DNA of 64,000 nt, from contig MCFE01000343.1 of NCBI GenBank assembly GCA_002104905.1, positions 26,818-90,817 of the forward strand, in the 5' to 3' direction. Position numbers and translations under genes: made by a program. Source of the DNA: Basidiobolus meristosporus CBS 931.73 (taxonomy: Eukaryota; Fungi; Basidiobolomycota). Positions within the stretch are counted from its first letter, which is position 1. Every line of letters begins with the position of its first letter. Of this stretch, positions 1 through 12,950 are shown one piece after another. Under the pieces are notes generated by a model. That model ran no database searches, had not been told where the DNA came from, and saw only the letters and a list, made by a program, of their open reading frames with translations.

Positions 1-3000
1 TGATGTTGTTAAGGTGAAGTAAGTAGAGATGTGGGGCCTGCATAAGGGTGATGAAAGTTGAGTTCTAGGGCCTGAATCAAGGTTATGAATGTTGAGATCT
101 AGGACCTGGATTATGGTGATTAATGTTGAGATCTATGACTAAAGTTATGGTGATGAGAGCTGATGCCTAGGGCTTTTGTATACAGTAATGACAGTGGAGA
201 TCTAGGATCAGGTTAAGGTTATGAAAGCTGAGATATAGGACCTAGATTATGGTGATTAATGCTGAAATCTATGACCTAAGTTATGGTGATGAAAGTCAAT
301 GCCTAGGGCTTGCATATATGGTGATGATGGTTGATATCAAGTACCAGGTTAAGGTGATGAAAGTTGAGATCTAGGACCTGGATGATAGTGATGAAAGATG
401 AGATCTAGGACCTGGGTCATGGTGGTATAGATCTAGGTCTTGGGTTATCGTGATGCTAGTAGAGATCTAAGGCCTGGCACATGAGTATTAAAGTTGGGAT
501 CTAGGACCTGGGTAATAGTAATGAGAGTTGAGATCTAGGACCTGGGTAATGGTGATGAAAGTTGAGATCTTAGAACTGGGTAATAGTGATGAAAGTTGAG
601 ATCTAGGACCTGGGTAATGGTTATGAAAGTTGAAATCTAAGACCTGGGTAAGAATGAAGAAAATTGAGATCTACAACCTAGGTGATTGTGATGAAAGTTG
701 AGATCTATTACCTGGGTTAAGGTGATGAAAGTTGAGATATAGGACCTGGGTAATAATAATGAATGTTGAGATCTAGGACCTGGGTAATAGTGATGAAAGT
801 TGAGATTTAGGACCTGAGCTAAGGTGATGAAAGTAGAGATCTAGGACATGGGTAATGGTTGTGAAAGCTGAGATCTACGACCTGGGTAAGAGTGATGAAA
901 ATTGAGATCTAGGACCTGAATAATAGTGATGAAGGCCGAGATCTATAACCTGGGTAAGAGTGATGAAAATTGAGATCTAGGACCTGGCTGAGGTGAAGGA
1001 AAATGAGATCTAGGACCTGGGCCAAGGTGATGAAAGTTGAGATCTAGGACCTGGGCTAAGGTGATGAATGTTGAGATTGAGGACCTGGGCTAAGGTGATC
1101 GAAAATGAGATCCAGGACCTGGGCCAAGGTGATGAAGTTGAGATCAAGGACCTGGACCAAGGTAATCAAAGTTGAGATCTAGGACCTGGGTCATGGTGAT
1201 GAATGTTGAAGTTTAGGTCCTGAGCTAAGGTGATGAAAGTTGAGATTGAGGACCTGGGCTAAGGTGATGGAAAATGAGATCCAGGACCTGGGCCAAGGTG
1301 ATGAAAGTTGACAATTGAGAGCTAGGACCCGGCTAACGTGATGGAAAATGAGATCTAGGACCTGGGCCAAGGTGATGAAAGTTGAGATCTAGGACCTGGG
1401 CTAAGGTGATGAAAGTTGAGATTGAGGACCTGGGCCAAGGTGATGGAATATGAGATCCAGGACCTGGGCCAAGGTGATGAAAGTTAAGATCTAGGGCCTG
1501 GACCAAGGTAATCAAAGTTGAGATCTAGGACCTGGGTTATGGTGATGAATGTTGAAGTTTAGGTCCTGGGCTAAAGTGATGAAAGTTGAGATTGAGGGCC
1601 TGGACCAAGGTAATCAAAGTTGAGATCTAGGACCTGGGCCAACGTGATGAATGTTGAAGTTTAGGTCCTGGGCCAAGGTGACAAAAGTTGAGATTGAGGA
1701 CCTGGGCTAAGTTGATGAATGTTGAGATCTAGGACCTGGGCTAAGGTGATGAATGTTGAAGTTTAGGACCTGTCTAACGTGACGGAAAATGAGATCTAGG
1801 ACCTGAGCTAAGGTGATAAAAGCTGCGATCTAGGACATGGGTAATAGTGATGAAAGGTCAGATCTAGGACCTGGGCTAAGGTGATGAAAGTTGAGATCTA
1901 GGACCTGGGTCATGGTGATGAAAGTTGAGATCTATAACCTGGGCCAAGGTGATGAAAGTTGAGATTGAGGACCTGGGCTAAGGTGATGGAAAATGAGATC
2001 CAGGACCTGGAGCAAGGTGATGAAAGTTGAAAATTGAGATCTAGGACCTGGATAATAGTGATGAAGGTTGAGATCTATAACCTAGGTAAGAGTGATGAAA
2101 ATTGAGATCTAGGACCTAGCTAACTTGATGGAAAATGAGATCTAGGACCTGGGCCAAGGTGATGAAAGTTGAGATCTAGGACCTGGGCTAAGGTGATGAA
2201 AGTTGAGATTGAGGACCTGGGCTAAGGTGATGGAAAATGAGATCTAGGACCTGGGCCAAGGTGATGAAAGTTGAGATCTAGGACCTGGGCCAAGGTGATG
2301 AAAGTTGAGATCTAGGACCTGGGTCATGGTGATGAAAGTTGAGATCCAGGACCCAGGTCACGGTGATGAATGTTGAGATCTAGGACCTGGGTCAAGGTGA
2401 TCAAAGTTGAGATCTAGGACCTGGACTAAGGTGATGGAAAATGAGATCTAGGACCTGGGCCCAGGTGATGAAAGTTGTGATCTAGGACCTGGGCTAAGGT
2501 GATGAATGTTGAATTTTAGGTCCTGGGCTAAGGTGATGGAAGTCAAGTTCTAGGACCCGGGTCATTGTGATGAAAGTTGATATTGAGGACCTGGGCCAAG
2601 GTGATGGAAGTTGAGATCTAGGACCTTGGCTAAGGTGATGGAAAATGAGATCTAGGACCTGGGTCATGGTGATGAATGTTGAGATCTAGGATCTGGACCA
2701 AGGTGATGAATGTTGAAGTTTAGGTCCTGGGCCAAGGTGATTAAAGTTGAGATCTAGGACCCGGGTCATGGTGATGAAAGTTGAGATTGAGGACCTGGGC
2801 CAAGGTGATGGAAGTTGAGATCTAGGACCTGGACTAAGGTGATGAAAGTAGAGATCTAGGACCTGAGCTAAGGTGATGACTGTTGAAGTTTAGGACCTGG
2901 CTAACATGATGGAAAATGAGATCTAGGACCTGAGCTAAGATGATAAAAGCTGAGATCTAGGACATGGGTAATAGTGATGATAGTTCAGATCTAGGACCTG

Positions 3001-5118
3001 GGTTAAGATGATGAAAGTTGAGATCTAGGACCTGGGTCATGGTGATGAAAGTTGAGATCTATAACCTGGGCCAAGGTGATGAAAGTTGAGATTGAGGACC
3101 TGGGCTACGGTGATGGAAAATGAGATCCAGGAACTGGATCAAGGTGATGAAAGTTGGAAATTGAGATCTAGGACCTGGATAATAGTGATGAAGGTTGAGA
3201 TCTATAACCTGGGTAAGAGTGATGAAAATTGAGATCTAGGACCTGGCTAACTTGATGGAAAATGAGATCTAGGACCTGGGCCAAGGTGATGAAAATTGAG
3301 ATCTAGGACCTGGGCCAAGGTGATGAAAGCTGAGATTGAGGACCTGGGCTAAGGTGATGGAAAATGAGATCTAGGACTTGGGCCAAGGTGATGAAAGTTG
3401 AGATCTAGGACCTGGGTCATGGTGATGAAAGTTGAGATCTAGGACCTGAGTCATGGTGATGAAAGTTGAGGCTGAGGACCTGGGCCAAGGTGATAGAAGT
3501 TGAGATCTGCAACCTGGGCTAAGGTGATGGTAAAGGGATCTAGGACCTGGGTCAGATCTACAACCTGGGCTAAGGTGATGGAAAATGAGATCCAGGACCT
3601 GGGCCAAGGTGATGAAAGTTGAGATCTAGGACCTGGGTCATGGTGATGAAAGTTGAGATTGAGGACCTGGGCCAAGGTGATAGAAGTTGAGATCTAGGAC
3701 CTGGGCTAAGGTCATGGAAAGTGAGATCTAGGACCTGGGTCATGGTGATGAATGTTGAGATCCAGGACCTGGGCCAAGGTGATGAATGTTGAAGTTTAGG
3801 TCCTGTGCTAAGGTGATGAAAGTTTAGATTGAGAACCTGGGCTAAGGTGATGGAAAATGAGATCTAGGACCTGGGCCAAGGTGATGAATGTTGAGATCTA
3901 GGACCTGGGCTAAGGTGATGAACGTTGAGATCCAGGACCTTGGCCAAGGTGACAGAAGTTGAGATCTAGGACCTGGGCCAAGGTGATGAAAGTTGAGATC
4001 CAGGACCTGGGTCAAGGTTATAAAAGTTGAGATCCAGGACCCAGGTCATGGTGATAAATGTTGAGATCTAGGACCTGGGTCAAGGTGATCAAAGTTGAGA
4101 TTTAGGACCTGGACTAAGGTGATGGAAAATGAGATCTAGGACCTGGGCCCAGGTGATGAAAGTTGTGATCTAGGACCTGGGCTAAGGTGATGAATGTTGA
4201 ATTTTAGGTCCTGGGCTAAGGTAATGGAAGTCAAGATCTAGGACCTGGGTCATGGTGATGAAAGTTGATATTGAGGACCTGGGCCAAGGAGATGGAAGTT
4301 GAGATCTAGGACCTTGGCTAAGGTGATGGAAAATGAGATCTAGGACCTGGGCCAAGGTGATGAATGTTGAAGTTTAGGTCCTGGGCCAAGGTGATGAAAG
4401 TTGAGATCTAGGACCCGGGTCATGGTGATGAAAGTTGAGATTGAGGACCTGGGCCAAGGTGATGGAAGTTGAGATCTAGGACCTGGGCTAAGGTCATGGA
4501 AAATGAGATCTAGGACCTGGGTCATGGTGATGAATGTTGATATCTAGGACCTGGGTTAAGGTGATGAATGTTGAGATCCAGGACCTTGGCCAAGGTGATG
4601 GAAGTTGAGATCTAGGACCCAGGCTAAGGTGATGAAAGTTGAGATTGAGGACCTGGGCTAAGGTGATGGAAAATGAGATCTAGGGCCTGGGACCAGGTGA
4701 TGAAAGTTGTGATCTAGGACCTGGGCTAAGGTGATGAATGTTGAATTTTAGGTCCTGGGCTAAGGTGATGGAAGTCAAGTTCTAGGACCCGGGTCATGGT
4801 GATGAAAGTTGATATTGAGGACCTGGGCCAAGGTGATGGAAGTTGAGATCTAGGACCTGGGCTAAGGTGATGGAAAATGAGATCTAGGACCTGGGTCATG
4901 GTGATGAATGTTGAGATCTAGGACCTGGGCCAAGGTGATGAATGTTGAAGTTTAGGTCCTGGGCCAAGGTGATGAAAGTTGAGATCTAGGACCCGGGTCA
5001 TGGTGATGAAAGTTGAGATTGAGGACCTGGGCCAAGGTGATGGAAGTTGAGATCTAGGAGCTGGGCTAAGGTGATGGAAAATGAGATCTAGGACCTGGGT
5101 CATGTGATAAAAGTTGAG
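1..5118 (-). repeat. 34-bp satellite array, variant A (plus-strand unit GAGATCTAGGACCTGGGCCAAGGTGATGAAAGTT)
   Basis: Period measured directly (GAGATC at 2239 and 2273). Monomers are more diverged in the first ~900 bp. A degenerate fringe extends to ~5400. Confidence 0.95.
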
Positions 5119-7192
5119 TTCAACAATTTGGTTGAAGGTACAGAATATTGAACAAAAGGATAAAGTAAAGTGATTGTCAAGATTCAATACCTATGTCAAG
5201 ACAATAATAGGCGGTACTAGGACCTTGGTTAAGGTTATTAAAGCACATATCTAGGACCTGGGTAAGGATTAAAATAGCAAACATCCGGGTCTTGGTTTAA
5301 GGTGACAAAAGCTGAATATCATGACCAATGTCAAAGTGACATCAGTTGAGATATAGTATTTTGATTAGATGATGTAAAGGAATTGCGGTTTCTTCTGGTA
5401 AGACATGATACTGATCTGACAGATAATACTGATATATTGTTAGGTTAATATTTATTGCTAAATATCTTGACTAATGCTAGATCTAATTTGATAAAATAAG
5501 TGGTAGACTGTACCAAAAGGAGCTACAATTTTTACAAGACTGACCAAGTGCTGTTAGTTACTCCAAGTAGCAAGTCTGTTGAATAGGGCCTGAATTTGCT
5601 TTTACTAAGTAAGCTGATATATAATAAATCAATATGGACCAGATAGGTTTTATCATTGGAAATTGCCTCAAATGCAAACTTTGATCCACCAACACTCTAT
5701 CACTAGCTGTTTAAGTTTTGGCTTTAGTCCATGTGACTCATGAAAACACTCAGAAATATGGTTAGTTTCAGATGAAAGCAAATTATTGTGCTTAAATGGT
5801 CTAAATACTATTACTGCCACAATGAGTGTTTATATGGATTTTTGATATTGTAAGTGTACAAGACAATTAGTTAAAAATTCAGGAGGAATCATAGCAACCA
5901 AAGAGAGAGCAGGTTTACACATAGATATGTATGTCATTTATGTTGCACATATTATCCTCATTAGATGCTCATAATGAATTGGAAAGATGCTTCAACAATT
6001 GGTTAGCCACCCAAAGATGTGTTCACCATCCTGAAGAAAGATTCATACCTAATCCATCCTGGCTTGCAAAAAACTTCCTACATTTGCCATGGAAGTCAAA
6101 GAGGTATCTGGATATGCAAGAATGCACAAGCAAAAGTGAATATAGATCAAGTTATTGCTCATAAGAATGGCAGCCAAGTATACGCACCTCTGCAGAAGAA
6201 ATATAGCGTAAAACTATGCCAAGTGCCCACCATTTATTCAAGAGTGTATAGTGGAATTTTTATGCTAGTGATTTTAAAGCGCACACTTGATTTCTACAAC
6301 AGAAATAATCATATGATCCTAAATGATGGAAAGGGCAAAGTAACCAAATGTAGGCCCTACATACACCAATCCTGTGTAAAACTGCTATAAAAATTAAACT
6401 TTTGAATGACACAAAACAATCCAGTGTTTCAATATTGAGAGTATTGATGATATCTATGTAGCAAGTTCCACAAAATCAAAAGTGTACAATTGTTTAATGC
6501 AGTGCAACTAGCAATATGAAGAGTTTTTTTGTGTCATAGATGCCTGCTACTGACATCTAGACTGGACAATCTGATGTGTTTATTTGTTAAGTAAATATGC
6601 CAAAGTAATGCCAGTCACTTGAAATTACAATAATAGCTGTTCTGATACACTCATCAGATGAGAGTGAACCAATAGCATGTGGAAATGCTGGAAGTTCACA
6701 ATAGTATTGAGAGGTATGGCTTATATGTAGCAAACCAAACAGGTGTCTAAGATCTCTGTATTAACCTGGCCTAGGACCTGAATCTAGAATCCAATGATCT
6801 TAGCTATAGATCCCAATGTGGCATTTAACTACCTTTGAAAGTTGCTTCATCTGTACTTAAATCAGTAGTTATTGTCATGAGCTTGATGTTTGATTACTTC
6901 TGACACCAGTTCTGAATTTACTTGCTATTTGTAGACTCTGATCATGAGCACAGATTTGATGCCATTGCCTAAAATGCTTGTTCTTATACTCTATTGTATG
7001 TTAATTTCCAGGTTAATAGGCAACCATTACATGTATTCTGGTATCACTCTTACTTGCTTGCAAAGTCCAATTCTAGTTTTTCATCTGCTGGTCAAGGTTA
7101 ACAGAAAAATTGGATAACCATAACATGTGAATTCATCCTGTATTGTGATATATTACAAAGGTCCTAAAGAAAGTTGTTGAACATTTGCCCTA

Positions 7193-7264
7193 GGCCTCCC
7201 TGGCGCACTATGGCATTATTTGGCACTTGTGGCTCAATGTGGCACTATCCAACAGAATAAGTCT
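7193..7264 (-). mobile_element. Terminal fragment of the foldback/MITE family (mirror at 52761-52832)
   Basis: The reverse complement AGACTTATTCTGTTGGATAGTGCCACATTGAGCC...CCAGGGAGG aligns to 32631-32700. Followed by ATT. Confidence 0.8.
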
Positions 7265-7269
7265 ATTAA

Positions 7270-7945
7270 GTAATGTCCAAGATTTCTACATTCTGCACCT
7301 GACCAAGTGTTATATGCAAGAGAGAAATGTGATAAAAACTTTTCAATGGTTTTGACTAGATCATAGAGACAAGTAAGAATTTATTCTAGAAGTGTCAGGA
7401 AGTGGCTAAAGTAGTGAAAGTAAGGTTCTGGTCAAATACTTGTATTAAATATTGCTGGCTTAGCTATAAAGACAATGCAGTAGATTTGCTATGCAGCCTA
7501 GGCTTGGTGCTCTTAGAGTGGTAGATGTACTAGGCTTGCAAAGAAGCTAGAAAGAATTGTTGAACTCTCAATGTTATTGAGTAACAATCCTCATTTTCTG
7601 GGAAATACACTATGCCTGAAGGTTATTCAAGTTTTATTTATACTTTTCTGATCAATGTGAATTAGTAAGCACCAATATGCTGGATTTCTAATGGAAATTT
7701 TTAGGTGCTGAATGGTAGATAAGATAAGTTAAAATGCATTATCATCAGATGGTGTCTAGGCAAGTGACAAGGTATTGGATAAGTCTTATATGAGTATTCA
7801 CCTGGGTAGGCTTGGCAGATCAATTGATGATGTGATAATCAAACAAAAATAGGTTAGGTGCAATAGCTAAAAACTGATTCTTAGATGGGATACAAAGTAA
7901 ACACGGGTGAGCATTGGTTATTTTTGGGTTAGGACAAATCAGTTA
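7270..7945 (+). repeat. Unclassified repeat Y (mirror at about 52085-52755)
   Basis: Aligns in direct orientation to 48385-49062 at roughly 65-70% by eye (e.g. CACTTTTCTGA..GTGAAT.AGTAAGC, GCTAAAAA...AGATGGGA). Confidence 0.65.
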
Positions 7946-10900
7946 GGGCACTTGATTTTCTGAATTAGCAAACTTAACTATGGTTTGAATGTTGATGCAC
8001 AACACCAAGGCCAAGATCAATACCTAAATCACCTACACTTAGGCTGTGGATATTAGCTCATATGACTGTGGGCATTTCAAAGATTCTAACTTTTCAGCAC
8101 CTTTACCTTAATGTTACATTCAACTGATGCTACCTGGTTCCATGTCCTGTATATCAGCTCTTATGATATGGAGCAATGTCTAATATTACTACTTTTTGCA
8201 CATTCAGTAAGGTCATAATTCTCAGCCTTCATCATCTGGGCATGGGCTCAGGTATGCAGCTATTATCACTTGTACTCAAGTCCCAGGTTACAACTTGAAT
8301 CACCTGGACTGAGGTTTGGGACTTTAACTTTCAACTCTTGCACCCAAGGTCCTGGATCTCATCCTAAATTGTCTGTTCACAGGTTCTGAATAAGATCTCT
8401 CATTACATTGAGTAATATACAGGATTACAACAACCAGCACATGGCCCCAATCCTGGAACCCAATTTACATCTCCATACCCAGGTCTTGGGTATCATCTCT
8501 CTTCAAATTTAGCTCTATCAAACACACAACTTTGAGCACCTTTCAGTTCAGTCTTGTATCTCAATAGTTATCACCTGGACCATACTCTGGCAATCAACTT
8601 GAGTCAAATTATGCAATATTCAATAATACAACTTTCAGCACTTTGAATAAGGCCTTACAGCTCAACTTCCATCCACCAGATCAAGGCCCAGAGTTTTGAG
8701 CTTACATTACTTTGTCTAGGTTGTGGATATTAGTCTCCAATAAAATTGAGGAATAATCCAAGAATATCACTTTAGCGACTGAATCCAATTCCCAGGTCTT
8801 AGCATTTGACACTTTGTTCAGGTCCTGGACTTCTATTTATATTACATACCTATAATTCACAACTTTAAACACCTTGAGCCCAGGTCCTACATCTCAGCAT
8901 TCATGTGCTGGACCATATCTTAGATCTTTGTTATCCTCACCTATACCAATAATCCAAGATGTCTTACTCTCAGCATCTCTATCCATGTCCACAATACCAA
9001 CTCTCAAAACATTGAGTAATATTCAGGTTTACAACTTTCAACATCTTGGCTAGGTTCAGCATCTTGACTTTTATCATTGGGTACTGGTTCCAGATTGTAG
9101 CTCTCTTTACCTGCTCCTAGGACCTGGATATCAAATTTCAGTACCTTGACCTAGGTCTTAGATCACCACCTAAATCACCAAGACCTAGGCCGTAGATGTC
9201 AACTGTGATTATTTTTAACAAAATCAAAGATTACAGCCATCTACACCTGGAAGTGGGTTCTAGATCTCACTTAAGTCATTGTACCAAAGTTCTAGATATA
9301 AACTCTCTTTGAATTGGATATTATCTAACACTACAATTTTCAGCACCTAGACTCAGGTCATTATATTACCTTGCTTGGGACTGGGTTCTCTGATCTCTAG
9401 ATATTAAGAAATATATAATATTTCAGCATTAAGCGCATTAAGCTAAGGACTTATATCTCAAGCTAGATCAAATTGCCTAGGTATTGGACTTTTATTTTTG
9501 CTACCTTGAGCAACAACCAAGATTGAAACTTACAGCATACTTAATAAAGGTTGTAGACCTTAAAATATACTCCTGTAGCAAGGTTAATCTTGTCTTGAAT
9601 TACCATGCCCAGGACTTCACTGTCAACTATCAATTGGTGTAGCAGTACACAAGATTACAACTTTTAGCACCTTGACCAAGATATTGGATCACAGCTTACA
9701 TCTTCTAGTTTCAGAATCTACATCATAGTTTATATTATTTTACCCAGGTTGTGAATATTGACTCTCCTTAAATTGAGTAATAGTCAGCACTACAACTTTC
9801 AGTTCCTAGAGCACAGATCCTACATCTCAACTGCACCTAGACCCAAGCTCTAGATCTTTGCACTAATCTCCTGACCCCAGGACCTATATATCAACTCTCA
9901 GCACCTTGACTCAGGTCCTAAATGATAACACTCATTTTATTGGATAATATCAGAAGTTTCAGCTTTAGCACCTGGATCCAGATCCTAGATCACACCATTC
10001 ATCTCCTGTACCCAGGTCCTGTACTGTAGAATGCATTACCATGGTCAGGTCCTATGCATCAAACCAAGCAATAACCCACATCTCATCTTTCATCACATTA
10101 GCCCACCTTCCGGATTTCTGCCATCAGCACCTGGACCCAGGTCCTATATCAATGCTCTCATCACCTGGACCAAGGTCCTAATGACACCTCCCAATTCCTT
10201 GCGGAGTATCCAAAATTACAACTTTGAGCACCATTATGCAGTTCTTTGACTTGTACTTTCACCATATGGACCCAGGTATTAGGTCTTAGCATATATTGTC
10301 ATGCCCTGGTCCTGGGTATCATGTCTGATTAAATTGACCATAATCTAATATTATAATGTTTGGCACCTTGAACCAGGTCCTACATCTTCTGTTTCATCAC
10401 CTGGACCTAGATTCCAATCTTAGCTATCATCACCTGTAACCAGTTGCTAAATACCAACTCTCAGCACCTTGACCCTGGTTCTATATATATATCCTTGTTT
10501 GATGGAGCAATATCAAGGTTTCACTTCACAGCAGCATTTCAATTAGCAATATTCAAAGTTTCAACTTTTGTCAACTGGATTCAGGTCCAATATCTCACCT
10601 TTCATCAACTAGAGCCCAGGTCTTGAATCTTAGCTTGCAGTAGCTTGACCAGGTCTTGTATATCAGATCTCATTCAAGTGCGCAATATCCAACATACCAA
10701 TTCTTGGTGTCTTGAGTCCAAGTCCTGCATCTCAACAGTCAGCCCTTTGAGCCAGATTGTAGATTTTGCCTTCACCATCTGGACCAAGGTCCTGGATGCC
10801 TACTCTCATTTCATTGAGTAATATCTAAAGTTTCAACTTTTGGCATCTGGACCCAGGTTCTACATGTCAACTTTCAACCGATGGACCCAGGTCCTGGGCC

Positions 10901-11448
10901 TCAGCATGCATCACTACACACAGGTCCTGGATATCAACACTTAGTAAATTGGGCAATTTCTAGCATTGCAACTTTTTGCTCCTTGATCCCAGGTCCTATA
11001 TCTCAGCTTTTATCAACCTATTCCAGGTTCTTGATCTGTGCACTCATCACCTGGGCTCAGTTCTTGGGTGTTAGCTTGCATTATCATGCCCTGGTCCTTA
11101 CTATGAAATATCATAATATTGAGCAATATTCAGCATTACATGTTTCCCAGCTAGAGACCAGGTCCTACATCCTGACTTTCATCACCTAGAAAGATTATAG
11201 ATTCTTGCCCTCATCACTTGGACTCTGGTCCTATATCTTTGCTCTCATCAACTGATTCAAGAACTTATTGACACCCCCCATTTTGTAGAGGAATATCCGA
11301 AATTTCAACTTTCAGCACCTGGACCCAGGCACTGGATCAAAACTTTCATCACTTAGACCCAGAACCTGAATCTTAGCCTGCATAAAAATGCCCAGGTCCG
11401 CAATATAAAATATCATCAAATTGAGCAGTTTCCAACTTGCAATTTTTG

Positions 11449-11814
11449 TGTTATGATCTGCCACTTGAATGTTTAAATTATATCAGTTCTTAGTCAAATC
11501 AATTAGTTATATGTTTAGGTTATCAGTATATCAGTATTATCTATCATATCAGCAACATCAGTCAGCAAATGAATCAGCAGATCCTTATCAGACAGAAATA
11601 GATATATTAAGTAGGACCTTATTGGGTGACAATGCAATCAAGTGCGTCAGCAGCCACATCCTACATCAGGAAACTCAATTAGTCAGCAATTGATCTGGCA
11701 AAATGTATATAAGGAGCTGCTGGAACCTGAATAAAGATCAGTTTAAGCTTTAGTAGATACAATACTGGCTAAACTCCCTATTCCTCTACAACTCTTATAC
11801 CAAGACTTGTTACA
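11449..11814 (+). mobile_element. Solo LTR, family B (366 bp)
   Basis: TGTTATGATC...CTTGTTACA termini. 4-bp TSD TTTG at 11445-11448 and 11815-11818. Homologous along its length to the LTRs at 33975 and 44627. Confidence 0.93.
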
Positions 11815-12950
11815 TTTGATGATTTGAGCACATGTCCCACGCCCCTACTTTCATCACCTTGAACCAGGCTTTAGATGTTTGCCCTCATCACCTTGTCCAG
11901 GCCTTAGTTTTTGCCCTTATCACCTGGACCAAGGTCTTCCATGAAAGCCCTCATTTCAATGAGTAATATCCAAAATTTCAATCTTCAGCACATGGACCCA
12001 TGCCATAGATCTCATCATTCATCTTTAGAAGGTGAGGGCTAGCCCTCAGCTAGCATTTCCATGGCCCAGTCCTGGATATCTAATCTTATTAAATGGCGCA
12101 ATATCCAACATTACAACATTTTGCACCTTAAACCCATGTCCTACATCTCAGTGGTCATTGCTTGATCCAGGTTATGGCTCATTGCTCTCATCAACTGGAT
12201 GTAGGTTCTGGATCTTTGCCCTTATCAACCTGACCAAGGTGCTGATTGGCAACTCTCATTTCATTGAGAAATATCCAAATTTCCAACTGTCAACACTTGA
12301 AACTAAGACCTAAATCTCAACTTTCATCTCTTGGACCCAGCTCCTACGCCTTAGCTTGCATTACCACTCACAGGTTCAGGTTATCAACACTCATTTAATT
12401 CAACAACTTTTAACATTATAACTTCTGGCACATTAAAACTATGCCCTACATGGGAAGCTTCATTACCTGGACCCAGGATCAAGATCCCAGCTATCATCAC
12501 CTACACCCAGATTGTAAGTATCAAATCTTGGTACCTTTACCCTTTTCTGGGATATCAAGCATTATTTCATTGAGTAATACCCAAATTTCATCTTTTGCCA
12601 CCTAGACCCTGGTTTTAGACTTCAACCTTACTCCCTTGGCCCCTGGCCCATGATCTTAGCATGTACTACCATGCCAGGGTCCTTAATATTGACTATTATT
12701 AAGTTGAGCAGTATAAAATAGTACAAGTTATAGCACCTTGATCCCAGTCCTTACATTTCAGGTTCCATCACCTGGTCCTAGACTCATTATCTTAGCTATT
12801 ATAACCTTTACTCAGGTCCTGGATATCATATTTATCAAATTGACCCTGTTCTTGGATCTCAATCCTCTTTTCATTAAGGAATATCAAAAATCTCAGCTTG
12901 CAGCATCTAGACCTGTGTCCTAGATCTAATCTTTTATTACATTGACCCGG

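Larger units (their letters stand above)
1..10954 (+). repeat. Left arm of giant inverted repeat (open at window start)
   Basis: Bases 1-20 TGATGTTGTTAAGGTGAAGT are the reverse complement of 60011-60030. Mirror ORF pairs have identical translations (1333-1515/58514-58696, 3371-3607/56422-56658, 5931-6164/53865-54098, 10031-10249/49772-49990, 10444-10626/49395-49577). The match stops after ...TTAGTAAATTGGGC at 10954. Confidence 0.95.

Noticed and set aside
5931-6390. ORFs 5931-6164 and 6019-6390 as a host gene
   Set aside because: No recognisable domain, the two frames overlap, and the longer ORF is frameshifted in the mirror arm.
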